From Octopus sinensis (Eukaryota), in NCBI RefSeq assembly GCF_006345805.1, contig NC_043015.1, positions 7,254,001 through 7,318,000 of the forward strand: a stretch of DNA of 64,000 nt, in the 5' to 3' direction. Numbering within the stretch: the stretch's first letter is position 1; every line of letters begins with the position of its first letter. Under the pieces are notes generated by a model. That model was not told where the DNA came from. It did no database searches and was given only the letters and a program-made list of their open reading frames with translations. Of the stretch, positions 26,061 to 39,950 are shown piece after piece. The translations under genes were made by a program, and so were the position numbers.

Positions 26061-26769
26061 TTTGGAGAGTTAGGAGGAGGCGGATGAGAAGAATTTATGT
26101 AGCAATTTGCATAGACTTAAAGTTAATCTTATGCACACACTGCTGCTCGCTCTGAAGGCAGCAAAACCCCACTAGTCGTCAATGTCCCATTCTTGTCTTC
26201 GTCCCTCTTTGTTTGTTTGTTTGTTTCTTTCTTTCTTTCCTTCCCTTTATTGGTATACATACATACTTATACATATGTGTGTAAGCGTGTGTGAGTGCGT
26301 GTATGTGTGTGTGTGTGTGTGTGTGAGCGTGCGTGTGTGTGTGTGTGTGTGAGCGTGTGTATGTGTGTGTATGTATGCGTATGTGCGTATATAGTCTACG
26401 TTGCCAAAATGTATCTCTATTCAACATGGTGATAGTGAGTGTGGTTCATAACACTCCTAATTATGGAATGTGTAGGTGAAACGTGTGTCCTGCTGTAACC
26501 CCAAGTGTCATACATGACTTCTTTCCACTCAGACACAGAAACACACACATACACACGCCCCCACCCATTCCCTCCTTCCTCCTTTTACCACTGACCACTC
26601 ACTTGCTACTGCTGTCAACTACCTTTCGCCCTACGTACACACACTTACATACAGACGCACGCACTAACATATACATATATTTTTTCTTATCTCGCCTCAC
26701 ACACACATACACACACGCACACGTACACTCACACATACATACACATTATCTTTCCTATTCATCGAGTTG

Positions 26770-27051
26770 TTACCAACCTTCCTTTCTCCGCTCTTTTGTC
26801 TTTAAAAACTAGCCCCGGTTATCCAAAACTTCCGGCCTTTCAGCATGTTTACTTCGTAAAAACCAGTCGCGTTTTTTTCCCTCCGTTCGCCCACCTCGGG
26901 ATCTTTCTTTCTTCCTTCTCTTATGTTTCCGACGAAGAGCTCCGCTCGAAACGTCATACCCTCCTTCTTCCCTCTTTCCTGAGCGCCTAATAATAATACT
27001 TTAATTGTTCCACGTGTTGTTGTTTTTTCTGTTTTCCCGTTTGGATTAACC

Positions 27052-27052
<1 letters not shown>
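26770..27052 (+). mobile_element. Penelope-like terminal-repeat fragment with hammerhead-like motif
   Basis: GTTT-CCGACGA-A-GAGC(TCC)GCTC-GAAACGTC-ATAC at ~26926-26959; abuts (TA)n. Confidence 0.55.
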
Positions 27053-27111
<59 letters not shown>

Positions 27112-27140
27112 CTAAACACACACATATCAGAGGCCATGAT

Positions 27141-27276
27141 AGTTTGACCACCTCCTGTACCTACACCTAAGCAGAAACACCTACAGACACACATATCAGA
27201 AGCCATGATAGTGGCCTCTAATATGTGTATATGTAGGTGTTTCTGCTAAGGTGTAGGTGCAGGAGGTGGTCAAACT
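27141..27276. repeat. Near-perfect hairpin (65-bp arms, 6-nt loop)
   Basis: 27141-27205 versus reverse complement of 27212-27276: 6 mismatches, no indels. Confidence 0.95.
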
Positions 27277-27907
27277 CTGCATAAGGAGTAGACATCTGGG
27301 GCTTTTTTTGTTATTTTGTTTTTTTTTTTCTACATCATCAGAATTCTCTTCCCGCTTCAAAATTTCCTTCCATGCAGATTTTCAGACGAAACTACCTGCG
27401 ACATAAGGAAGATCCTACAAAAGGATAGACACAATCTCTTCCGCTGGAAGAGGATGTTTATATGTTTTATGGAAAGCAAATCCGTAACTCGTATATAATC
27501 TTAGTGATTGTTTATGTTTTATTTTTTAACTTGCTTCAGTCATTGGACCGCGGCCTTGCCGGAGCACCACCATCAAATGTTTAGTCAAACAATAGAACCC
27601 AATCCTTAATTTAAAACATGGTACTTATTCTATCGGTGTCTTTCGTCGAACCACTAAATTAGGCATTTAAAAATAAGAAGAACCTAACCATTATAGACAC
27701 TTAAAAGACATCGTGGTAGTGTTCCAGCATGGCCATAATTAAATGACTAAAAAATATAAAATAGTTCAAAGAATTATTACTGAGGTAGATGATTAACGAT
27801 TGTTCAGTCATAAATAACGAGATATCATGAATACGTTGCCAGACAGTAGCCCATCATGTAGATTAAGTGATGAAACTTTATATATTTTTTTATTTCTATG
27901 CTGATAT

Positions 27908-28315
27908 CTCTTTTACTCTTCTACTTGTTTCAGTCATTTGACTGCGGCCATGCTGGAGCACCGCCTTTAGTCGAGCAAATCGACACCGGGACTTATTCAT
28001 TGTAAGCCCAGTATTTATTCTATCGGTCTCTTTTTTGCCGAACCGCTAAGTGACGGGGACGTAAACACACCAGCATCGGTTGTCAAGTAATGCTAGGGGG
28101 ACAAACACAGACACACAAACACACACATATATTTATATATATACATATATACGACAGGCTTCTTTCAGTTTCCGTCTACCAAATCCACTCACAAGGCATT
28201 GGTCGGCCCGGGGCTATAGCAGAAGACACTTGCCCAAGATGCCACGCAGTGGGACTGAACCCGGAACCATGTGGTTGGTTAGCAAGCTACTTACCACACA
28301 GCCACTCCTGCGCCT
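27908..28315 (-). mobile_element. SINE family B, full length
   Basis: Full reverse complement of the family B consensus. Confidence 0.92.
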
Positions 28316-28369
28316 ATATATTTAATTTGCTTTAACATTTGGTGAGGTTATATCAATATTGATTTCGAA

Positions 28370-28560
28370 TTTTGGGACAAAACCAGCAATTTCTTGAGGA
28401 CGATTACATACACATCAATACTTTACTGGTACTTATTTTATCGATCCAAAGAGAGAATGAAATACAGAAGTCAAGCTCGGCGGTATTTGAACGTAAAGAC
28501 GGATGAAATACCGCTCAGCTTTTTGCCCAGAGCGCCAACAATACTGCTAGCTCGTCACCG
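28370..28560 (-). mobile_element. SINE family A, short-tail variant, degenerate
   Basis: CTGGTACTTATTTTATCGATCC...GGTATTTGAAC...TGCTAGCTCGTCACC. Confidence 0.7.
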
Positions 28561-28590
28561 AGATTATATCAATATTGAGAAAGGAAATAA

Positions 28591-28921
28591 AGGGTAAAGA
28601 CCCCCTTCGGTCATGAATGACCATGGGATTGCACCTAGAAAGTTACCCTCCTTGACACAAGTCCGGGCAAGGTTGTTTATGGAAGACCAGCAGTCGCCCA
28701 TGCATACCAGCCTCCCCTCTCTACGCCACCAGTGTTATCCAAGGGAAAGACAAAGGTCGATACAGCTTGGCACCAGTGACGTCGCAACTCATTTCTACAG
28801 CTGAGTGAACTGGAGCAACGTGAAATAAAATGCCTTGCTCAAGAACACAACACGCAGCCCGGTCCGGGATTCGAGCTCACAACCTCACGATCGTAAGCTC
28901 GACGCTCTAACCACTGAGCCA
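28591..28921 (-). mobile_element. tRNA/CORE-type SINE with LINE-like 3' tail
   Basis: tRNA-like head (reverse of GGATTCGAGCTCACAACCTCACGATCGTAAGCTCGACGCTCTAACCACTGAGCCA), CORE-like CTTGAGCAAGGCA, tail ending GACCGAAGGGGGTCTTTACCCT. Confidence 0.8.
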
Positions 28922-29533
28922 GTTTGATAAAACACACAAATCCCGTGACTTTTCAAATGATTTCTTCTTGAAAAGTTATATCGAAGAAGAACTAAAAAAT
29001 TTTCTTCGTTTATTTAAAATTGTTTCCTTCTCTAGTTGCAAATGGAGAATTTGTTAGTTTTCTTATATTCCTAGGCGGCAGACTTGATAAAAGTGGATTT
29101 CTCTTGAGACAGTTGACTTCTATGCCAGTAGCGATATTTACAAAGTATATAAATAAAAAGAAAATAATACATCAAATATTTTGTTAACTCTCTTGCAGAG
29201 ATTAACTTGAGCTAAAGAAAAAACCGAATGAGGGTAATAATTATAATAGTGCAGATTAAGCTTCAGATGAAGTCAAATAAAGGAATTTTATCTATGCTAC
29301 ATCGTAAAGCGTAATACCGATAGATGTTATACGATACGAATTACGAGAACTTCTTAACACACTATATTTAACTTTCCATGTCTGAAGAGAGACTAAGTTA
29401 AATACACAACACTACTTGCATAGATTGCAGAGAGATGTTCAAACACATACACAGGTTCAACTTACACAAACATTTATATTCACACACATAAGTTATTAGT
29501 GGTTTCAATTAGAAGCAAGAATACTCAATATAT

Positions 29534-30080
29534 ATTTCTTTACTGCCTACAAGAGGCTAAACATAGAGGGGACAAACAAGGACAGACAAGGGATTAAGTC
29601 GATTACATCGACCTCAATGCGAAACTGGTGCTTTATTTATCGACCCCGAAAAGATGAAAGGCAAAGTCGACCTCGGCGGAATTTGAACTCACAACGTAAC
29701 GACAGACGAAATACCGCAAAGCATTTCGCCCGACACGCTAACGTTTCTGCCAGCTCGCCGCCTCTGAATACTCAATATAGGGTAGTCTTAAGAAAAAGAT
29801 ATTGGACAAAATCCGATGGCCTCACGTGATTAGAGGGCCAGTTCTGATCTATGTATGCTGTAACTTGTTATCAAGAATTCTTTCCTACTCTTGGCACAAG
29901 GCCCGAAATTTGGGGGATGGGGGGAGCAGTCGATAAGATCGACCCCGGTACGCAACTTGTACTTAATTTATCGACCCCGAAAGGATGACAGGCAAAGTCG
30001 ACCTCGGCGAAATTTGAACTGAGAACGTAAAGACAGACGATTTCGCCTGGCGTGCTAACGATTCTGCCAGCTCGAAGCCT
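29534..30080 (-). mobile_element. Two adjacent SINE family A copies (29534-29765 and 29872-30080)
   Basis: Both carry the reverse-complemented GCCTTTCATC...GGGGTCGATAAAT core; tails differ. Confidence 0.9.
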
Positions 30081-30544
30081 TAATTTGTTATGAAGAATTA
30101 CCATACAGCCAAAGGCTTTGAGATACTCAGACATATATACTGCTACTGACAAAACCCTGATTCGATATGATGGTTTATAGTGAATACGTTTTTTATAATT
30201 AATGTCATAAACATACCAAGATTCTTATAATATTAGGTTTCATAGGCAAATAAAGAAAACATCTTTCAAGTGAAGATGAGTTGAGAGAAGGTTCTCTTTC
30301 TCCAATAACGATTTAGAATTTGTATTCGCTTTTATCTTTCATAATCAGTTGTTAATATCCGATCGTGTGTGCGCAACATAAAAGGTTAAATGAGAAGGCT
30401 GCCGTTTAACATGGTTATAAATAATCTCATCATGCACGTGGTTCGTATATGAATATTCATGTATATGCATGTTTATGAATTTACGTATATACATACAGGT
30501 TTACAGACATACATACATAGCTATACATATATTTATACACACAA

Positions 30545-31025
30545 ACACATACATATATGTGTGTATTTATATATGTATGCACACACATATATGTGTGTAT
30601 TTATATATGTATGCACACACACACACATATGTGTGTATTTATATATGTATGCACACACACACACACATATATGTGTGTATTTATATATGTATGCACACAC
30701 ACCACACACACACACATATATGTGTGTATTTATATATGTATGCACACACACACACACACATATATGTGTGTATTTATATATGTATGCACACACACACACA
30801 CACATATATGTGTGTATTTATATATGTATGCACACACACACACACACACATATATGTGTGTATTTATATATGTATGCACACACACACACACATATATGTG
30901 TGTATTTATATATGTATGCACACACACACACATATATGTGTGTATTTATATATGTATGCACACACACACACACACATATATGTGTGTATTTATATATGTA
31001 TGCACATACACACACACACACCACA
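30545..31025. repeat. Minisatellite CATATATGTGTGTATTTATATATGTATG(CA)n, ~11-12 units
   Basis: Invariant anchor with variable (CA)n length. Confidence 0.95.
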
Positions 31026-31059
31026 CATTATATATATATATATATATATATATGTAGGT

Positions 31060-31142
31060 CCCGGGTTGATTCGGGGTTAACCACAGTAAATAAGGTACTC
31101 AATACATAGAGTAAAATTAATTTATTATATAGAAGGAGCTTC

Positions 31143-31185
<43 letters not shown>

Positions 31186-31766
31186 GTGTATGTATATATA
31201 TATATGTGTGTATGTGTATATATGTGTATATAGGGACTAGTGTGCTGTGTGTGCATGTGTGTATGTGTGTATGTATATATATTTTTCTGTGTGTATATGT
31301 ATGTGTGGTCGTGTGTATATATACATGTGTGTATACGTGTATGCATGTGAGTGAGTGTATGTATATATATATATGTGTATGTGTAGATATGTATATGTAT
31401 GTGTATGTGTATATATATGTATATGTGTGTGTGTGTATGTATGTGTGTATGTATATATGTATGTATGTGTGTGTATATATGTATACATATGTGTATAGGT
31501 ATAAGTGAGAATCTCCTTATTTACCTAAAACTCTATTTTTTATATATATATATTTTTATTTTTTTATTTATTCTTTTATCTAATTTACCACTGACTCCTT
31601 GACCACTCCCCCAAGTATGATATTTTGCGCTATGCCTACCCCCAAAAAGTCCCCCACCACCACCCCTTTAAACCTGCCTAAATGTATAAATGCCAATACA
31701 ATTCTTGTTAACTAGCTTCCTGAAGATTTCTCTTGAATGAAACAGTTCTAGTCCTGTAGAAGCTCC

Positions 31767-31775
<9 letters not shown>
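31060..31775. mobile_element. Probable Penelope-like remnant with 15-bp inverted segments and a hammerhead-like core
   Basis: TAGAAGGAGCTTCTA (31130-31144) versus TAGAAGCTCCTTCTA (31757-31771); CTGAAGA...GAAAC at 31720-31743. Confidence 0.45.
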
Positions 31776-31814
<39 letters not shown>

Positions 31815-32139
31815 TATATATGTGGAGAGAGAAAGAGAGCGAAAGAAATATGAAGGAAAGGGAAAATGGTTTATTTATATGCTTGATTAAACATTGATGA
31901 CATCACGACTGTTAAATTCTTCGTCTATCGGATCAATCGGTTAATAGTATTAATCCAGCTTCATTGATGTCATAAATCGATGATTCGACAGACGATGAGA
32001 CTGGCAGAAATAATATGAAGGATAGTGAATCCAGCATTTAGCTGAAGATATTAGGCTGTAGATATTTCTACGATCTTCTCAATTCAGTAAATGCCTTTAT
32101 ATACACAGAAATATTTGTGTGTGCCGATATATATATATA

Positions 32140-32522
32140 TAATTTCTATATGTATGTGTATATATATATATATTTCTATATGTATGTGTATATATATATA
32201 TATTTCTATATGTATGTGTATATATATATATATTTCTATATGTATGTGTATATATATATATATTTCTATATGTATGTGTATATATATATATTTCTATATG
32301 TATGTGTATATATATATATTTCTATATGTATGTGTATATATATATATTCTATATGTATGTGTATATATATATATTCTATATGTATGTGTATATATATATA
32401 TTTCTATATGTATGTGTATATATATATATTTCTATATGTATGTGTATATATATATATTTCTATATGTATGTGTATATATATATATTGCTATATGTATGTG
32501 TATATATATATATTTCTATATG

Positions 32523-32530
<8 letters not shown>
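32140..32530. repeat. Minisatellite (TA)nTTTCTATATGTATGTG, ~14 units
   Basis: Direct inspection. Confidence 0.95.
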
Positions 32531-32564
<34 letters not shown>

Positions 32565-32999
32565 TACACACATATGAACAGAAACTGGGAGAATGAAAGG
32601 AGGAGAGAATGGGAGCAAGAGAGAAATTAATTTAGAAGAAGTTTAATTAATTATATCAATTTGAGTAACTCTTTAGAGAAAATAAAACAAATTTTAAATC
32701 GATGTATATATGTTCACTGTTAAATTTTAATACAACTAACGTTATACAGTAAAAGTGGCAAATTGGAACACCAAATACAAACAGACTTGTTGACTTGCCT
32801 CAGACTACGTATCTATGAAGCCACTGATATCCGCTGCCAGTTCTTTTAGACGGAATTTATTGGATCTCAAATTGCTGATTAGTATATCTAATATCATGTT
32901 TTTAAACTAAATTAGAAACTATTTCGAAATTTTTTTTTTTATCTTGCGTAGAATTACACATCTGCTCTTGAAGGTAACGAAACGTAACTAAATACCACC

Positions 33000-33400
33000 T
33001 GCTGCTGCTGCTACTACTACTAACACTACAACTACTACTACTGCTGCTACTACTACTACTACTACTGCTGCTACTACTGCTACTACTGCTACTTCTGCTG
33101 CTACTACTACTACTACAACTACTACTACTGCTACTACTACTACTACTACTGCCACTGCTGCTACTGTTAGGGCTACTACTATTACTGTTGAAGTTGCTTC
33201 TATCACTACTATTGCGGTGGCAGCCCCTGCTGATGATTATGACGATAAGAATGATGACGATGATGTTGGTGTTGATGGTGGTGATCATGATGATGATGGT
33301 GATCATAATGATTATGATGAGAAGGAGGAGGAAGAGGACGACGTCGAAGATCCTCCAACCACGCACCGACTACTACTACTACTATACTACTACTACTAAA
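33000..33400. repeat. (CTA)n/(CTG)n/(GAT)n trinucleotide array
   Basis: Direct inspection. Confidence 0.95.
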
Positions 33401-33414
33401 TACGTGATGCTTAC

Positions 33415-33520
33415 AGATTCTGATGCGAGGTGGGGCTGCACATACACCGAAGTTTCCAACGTGTCCTCTTTCGGCTATTGCGTGTCCTTACTGTAACAGT
33501 GGATTCTCTGCCATTATTTG
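33415..33520 (-). CDS. Candidate internal exon (unknown protein)
   Basis: GC-elevated unique island; TTCCATTAAG| acceptor, TCT|GTAAGC donor; open as NNGRESTVTVRTRNSRKRTRWKLRCMCSPTSHQN. Confidence 0.2.
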
Positions 33521-35057
33521 CTTAATGGAAGACACTTGGAAGACACAGAAAGCAAAGATGCTACTCTGGTCATCCTCATAGGCAACAGGACACACGAATA
33601 CGTATGACATGTTTATACATTGTTATACAAGGCAATCTCATGGACAGATATTATAAAATACGCTCACGAATGAAAACTATTCCAACGCTAGTAGTAATAG
33701 TAGTAGTAGTAGTGGTAATAGTAGTAGTAGTGGTAATAGTATAGTAGTGGTAATAGTAGTAGTAGTGGTAATAGTAGTAGTGGTGGTAGTAGTAGTAGTA
33801 GTAGTTGTTGATGATGTATCTATTAATATCGTTAGATGTATTAATCATTATTTTACTTGCTAAGCAACATCTAATTTGAGGGGAGAGGAAGAGGTTTCCA
33901 GCCGGTGGAGTATCCGAGTAGAAAACTCTTCCCTCTGTGGTTCGAAATATAAATTTTCAAATAGTTTTGCAATATATCAGATTCGATCGAACTTGTTCCA
34001 GTAGCCACCATCTTGTCTGCATATATATCAGGAATGATACTGTCGGATGTTTATTTTATTTAAACCGAAAAGACCTGATTTTAGCAGGATTTGGCTGATA
34101 ATTCTAAATGGTCCGACAACGAGAGAAACGACTTTGTTAAACAGCGATACAGCAACAAAAAGGAAAAAAAAAGGAACTCAATAACCTCTTTTATCATATC
34201 CCCTTTATCAGGCATTGAGATATTGGGATACATGATTAATATGAGCGGTTGTTTGGAGTATGACTCATTCTGGCAGAGTGGGGCAGATAGTCGAAGAGAT
34301 GATGGATTTCAGATCTCATACATAGATGTACTTATATTAGCATCGTTAAGTAAAAATGATTGTAGTTATTATTATTATTATTATTATTTTCGATGAGTGA
34401 AACTTTTATCTGAAAGGGTATTAATGCACGTGGGAGAGAAAGCATTTCTCAGATATTCTCCATTCCACGTACGGAAATATGCAACAATGTGAAATACCAA
34501 ATTCGTTATTTCAAAGATCATTACGTACATGCATCACTCAAAATCAATTGTCATTTTATGTATTTCATTATATTGATTTTATTTTTATCTGAAAATGCAC
34601 TTTACTTCCTCCGTCTATCTCTCGCAGCCAATTTATCTGTCCGTCTTTTTCTATTTTCAATCTTCAGCTAGTTTCTTCTATTTTTATGAGCTGTTCTTCT
34701 GATTCTCCTTCTCTCTATGTTTCTATCTATTCATCTATCTATCTATCTATCTCTGTTTATCTGTCTATCTTTCTCTCGTTCGCTCCATCTCTCTTTGCAT
34801 CCTTCTCGTTCACCCTATCCATACTATCTCGTTCTACAAATTTATCTTTCTGTATTTTATACTCCCTCAATGACCTCGCAGAACTCAATTTCCTGAACTG
34901 GAAATGCACTAAAAGACGGGATTAGCTGTCAAATAAATATATACTTGCCCTGTTATTCACCCAATATAAATTTGATGGCGTTTCACTCGCTGCTATGTAT
35001 ATTCACAAGGGAGAATGAACGTTCTAAATTTATAATTTATAAATACTGCTGCTGCTG

Positions 35058-35088
<31 letters not shown>

Positions 35089-35860
35089 ACTTGCTGCTAA
35101 CATGACGACGACGGCGACGGCATTGGCAGTGCTCAACAAATAAAATAATGATTAATATATTTAACGATATTAACAGTCATACCAACAACCGCAACAAGAG
35201 CAATAACAACAACAACAACAACAACAACAATAACTACTACTGCTACTGCTACTATTACTACTACTACTTCAACTAGCGTTAAGAATCGTAGTTATTCGTG
35301 TGTATAATTTGAAATTTGAAAGTTAAAATGGCACTAAACATTACTATGGTCGAGACACACATCAGTACCTGGACATTAAATCATATCATTCAATTTATAC
35401 ATGTTAGCATACCAAACTGTCAAGTCAGGAGATCTTTACACCGTTGTTGGTGATATAAATATCCGAGAAGCAAGATTCATAGAATTTGGCCTTCTTATAC
35501 ACTTATAAGAAATGAATAATAGCGAATGAAACGAATAGTTAAAGAGTCACTTCGAGCAACAAACCTATCAAGAGGAACCGGAATGGGATAATTTGTGTAA
35601 GGACGCATAATTCAGTGATTTGTATATCATTAAATTTGGGAATCAATTTTGCTCATTACCAGAAAAATATAAATTAAATGATTTTGTTACCAGCCGAATC
35701 AACGCGAACTACAACCGAAAGCTTCAGAAGACTTGTTGACTAAGGCAAAGTTTAATGAAAAGACGACAAAATTCAACAAGTCTTAAGCACAATTGCATTC
35801 ATTGTAGGATATGCCAATCTATATATATTTATACGCAATTTATGTGTTGTTTACTATGGA

Positions 35861-36240
35861 AGCACTCCGTCGGTTACGACGACGAGGGTTCCGGTTGATC
35901 CGAATCAACGGAACAGCCTGCTCGTGAAATTAACGTGTATTGGCTGAGCACTCCACAGACACGTGTACCCTTAACGTAGTTCTCGGGGATATTCAGCGTG
36001 ACACAGAGAGTGACAAGGCCGGCCCTTTGAAATACAGGTACAACAGAAACAGGAAGTAAGAGTGAGAGAAAGTTGTGGTGAAAGAGTACAGCAGGGATCA
36101 CCACCATCCCCTGCCGGAGCCTCGTGGAGCTTTAGGTGTTTTCGCTCAATAAACACTCACAACGCCCGGTCTGGGAATCGAAACCGCGATCCTATGACCG
36201 CGAGTCCGCTGCCCTAACCACTGGGCCATTGCGCCTCCAC
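35861..36240 (-). mobile_element. SINE family C, full length
   Basis: Minus-strand head GTGGAGGCGCAATGGCCCAGTGGTTAGGGCAGCGGACTCGCGG...GGTTTCGATTCCC with A- and B-box-like motifs. Confidence 0.92.
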
Positions 36241-36688
36241 TGTTGTTTACTATATCAACACTGAGAATAGAAAAAATATTTGCAAATACAAATATTAACT
36301 ACATAAGCAGAAATCTTATTCGCTGCATGTAATGACCGAATTGTAGCGATAAGTATTAGCGAAATTAGAACTACGTGAGGAGAACGCATAAGGAGTGCTG
36401 TCGGAAAATCCCATTTAATAGTAATTTACGAAGGTGTTGTGGGGAAAAAATCCATTTTATAAATTATATCACTCAATTGAAGGTTTTAAGGAAGTAAATG
36501 ATAAATATTACTGGTAGTTTCAAACCAGTTTAGACGGGACACTAATATGTGAAAATGGATGAGATTGAAAAAGAGAGTTCAATTACTTTTTATAATTCTA
36601 CAAGTATTTATATAGTGTGACCTTGATCTATAGAGCAATAAAAGACAGCGATGGCCACGGTTGGTTTGCACATATTCATCTTGAGTAG

Positions 36689-36745
<57 letters not shown>

Positions 36746-36751
36746 ATATTA

Positions 36752-36981
36752 GGGCGGCCAGCCGGCAGAAGCGTTAGCACGCCGGGTGAAATGCGTAGCC
36801 TTATTTCATCTGCCGTTACGTTCTGGGTTCAAATTCCGCCGAGGTCGACTTTGCCTTTCATCCTTCCAGGGTCGATAAGTTAAGTTCGAGTTACACACTG
36901 AGGTCGATATAATCGACTTAATCCATTTGTCTGTCCTTGTTTGTCCCCTATGTGTTTAGCTCCTTGTGAGTAGTAAAAAAA
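36752..36981 (+). mobile_element. SINE family A, full length
   Basis: GGGCGGCCAGCCGGCAGAAGCGTTAGCACGCCGGG through GTAAAAAAATA; sits next to (TA)n. Confidence 0.92.
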
Positions 36982-39950
36982 TATATATATATGGGTATAG
37001 TCTAATTTCCAAACGCAATATGTGTAAATGTGTATTGCGTGTGTATGCATGTGTATGTGCGTGTGAGTGTGTGTATGTGTGTGCCTGTCGCCTCATCAGC
37101 GTACGACCGCTGTTGGTTTGTTGATGTCTGTGTAACCTAGCTGTTCCACAAAAGTGAATGATAGAATAAGTCCTAGAATTTAATAAAAGAAGTACTGGTA
37201 TCAATTTTTCGACAAAACCTTTGAGGGTGATACACCAAATTAACTGCAGACCAATAAGAGAATCATTTAATACATAGCAAATAAGCATGCACCACCACAT
37301 ATATTTGAAAGCTAATATTTATTAAATTGGTTGAAATATGGTTATTTAATGCCTTCCCAGTATAGCGTTAAATAGGCATAAACATCCTACGTTCTGCATT
37401 ATATCTGATACAGAAAACAATCCTAATGGTCCTAATCCAGATAGCAGTTGTCGCTAGTTTTGTACTTAGTTACCTGCAGAAAAGCCGTAGTATTGAAATC
37501 TGTCTAGTCCTAGATTTTGTCAAACCAGGATAATATAAGCACACACAGCGACAGATGCACAGCTCTATGTGCGTATGTTTATACATAGCTAATATTTTAG
37601 TTATGCCTGTGATCTATGCACATTTGATATATGCTAAAGATATTTCCAGCCTGATCCATTGAATTACTTCTCAAATATATGAGTGTCAGTTCATCTAACT
37701 CAGAGACTTCTGAACTTGTAGGTTGAGTCATTCACCTTCTCATACTTGAAACCATTCATCATGTATTACTTTAAACCTATTAATGTTTAGAACGATGAAA
37801 TTGCTTCGGATCCTACACATAATGTCTGATAAATATGTCTTGCCACCACACAAATGTATCCCAGGTAAATATATTCACTTTTTTTTTTATTCTACCGTGC
37901 TTAGAGATGATTAGCAGTTGTTATTGATTTTTCTCCCAAACATTATACTACTATGGGCGAAGAACAGCTGATTATATCGAAACCGAGCAATACACTTTTA
38001 TTTATTTTAACTGCTGCATGTCCTAAGGTGGAAATTAGAGTTTACATTTAATCGAAATCAAGATGTATAAGCTTAAAATATATTGGATAAAGTATTTTGT
38101 GACACTATAAGATGTTTTGTTAAGCTTTTGCTTAAAAAGCAGATATGTTGCGAGGAGCGTTTATTATTACGAGGTCTACTGCGGGGAGTTAGCGGAATCG
38201 TTATTGCGTAAATCAGAGTGATTAACAGAATATATCTTCTGACTCTTTGCTTTCTGTCTTCAAATATCGCAGAGTTCGACTTTATCTGTCATCCCTTCGA
38301 GATCAACGAAATAAGAACCAATCAAGTAATTGGATCGCTGCAATTGACTGGCTCCTCAAAATTACTGGCCTTATACTGAGTTCAAAAATATATTTTATAC
38401 CTTCTTTTATAATTGCTAAATGTGCGAATTTATGGTAACAACCAACATACTTATCAGGGCTTCAGTTACTGCTCAGACAAAGGAGGAAGGTATCCTCAGT
38501 CTATATGTATGGAGCGGACACTTACTAGAGACTGAAGTCTTCTGAAATCGTCCAATGTTCATGTACTGGTGCTAAAACGAGCGATATGTTATTTCTAGCA
38601 GCCAGGAATAAGAACTATTTCTCACACGAGCTTCGAAAGAATTCTTAGCTATTAAATGCTTTGGGCTACGATAACCCGTCACTTGCCCTAAAATTTTCGC
38701 AAAGGGCTCGAATCCGAAGCCCCTGAGTTATGAGGCTAACTACTTAACCATTCAGTTATATCATACTGTCTTTATTGTGTTAATATTGAATATTGATATA
38801 AAGAAATTCTTGGGCGGATAATTTATATTGGTGTGCATAGCAGAGCACGAAATAATCGTTCAAAGCAATCGACCGTGGTATGCATTCAGCTACTACTTGT
38901 TTCAATATCTTTTCCATTTGGCCAATAATGATTCCTAGCATTTACAAGGGCCACTGATTTTGAGAGAGAGCAAAATCGATTATCTCGACCCCAGACATTG
39001 AATTATTCTTGAAAGCTTTAAGGCAAACAAGAGCCCCGTGTGGGATTTGATCTTGTAACCTAAAGAAATATAACAAAATCCTGCCAAACTTATTGTATGG
39101 AACTTTACAATTTCAGCAATCGCTTAGATCAATATCTCCACTAAATAGATGATAGTCACATTACTTCTTTTCAACTCTAAAATATTAGATCGTTATGTTT
39201 TGTGATAAAAAAAAACTGCGATAAATTAAATACCCATCAATACACAAATCAATAAATAAGCAAAAAACTGAAATGCTTTTATCTAAATAAATACATTAGG
39301 GTACTTAATATTTTCTGAATAAATTCTGAGTTAAAATTCCCTAGAAATGTGTAAAATACAGCAATCGTTTCAGTTATCTACGTTTATCGTTTGGCTTTGT
39401 CACGCCTCCTCAAAATCAAACTTATACAATATCTTCTATACTAATTTTTATTTAGGATGCGTCAAATTATCAGAATAGTAAGTACATAGGATTTAATGCC
39501 TTGTGGTGTTTATTACGATGTTCTCTATCTTGAATGTAAATACCATCTTGCGAATTTGCCCGTCCTCTTCCCGGCTTCAAATGGTAGTATTACTAGTGCG
39601 TCGGGACAAAATCTGTTGCAGTTTCCGTCGCGGTATATTGCGCTCTGAGTTCAAATTCAACCTATTTATTAAAATCCTGCTGGTACTAATCTCCGGCCAC
39701 GGATCATATATTGATTATGAATATGTAAAACCTGGAATGGGTGAACGACTGATGCGTCAATTCTTTACTGCAGACAAACGACGCTAAGGATGTAATCAGA
39801 AGAATAAAGAACGATATTACTCTCAAAGAGCTAACAGTGATATTTACTTATAATTAATTATTTATAATTAATTATTTATTATTAATTAATTTTGTGTGGT
39901 ATCGCTCATGTATAGTTCTTTAGAGTATTTAATATTATGATTCTGCTTAC

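Noticed and set aside
13200-32530. CRISPR-like repeat-spacer arrays (13200-14060, 24285-24850, 30545-31025, 32140-32530)
   Set aside because: The spacers are microsatellite runs rather than unique sequences; there are no cas genes and the context is eukaryotic.
34091-34396. 101-aa plus-strand ORF
   Set aside because: TTG start, runs through an A-tract and ends in (TAT)n; no recognisable motif.
35861-36240. tRNA genes at SINE heads
   Set aside because: A/B-box-like heads run straight into SINE bodies and recur as dispersed diverged copies; no complete cloverleaf is evident.
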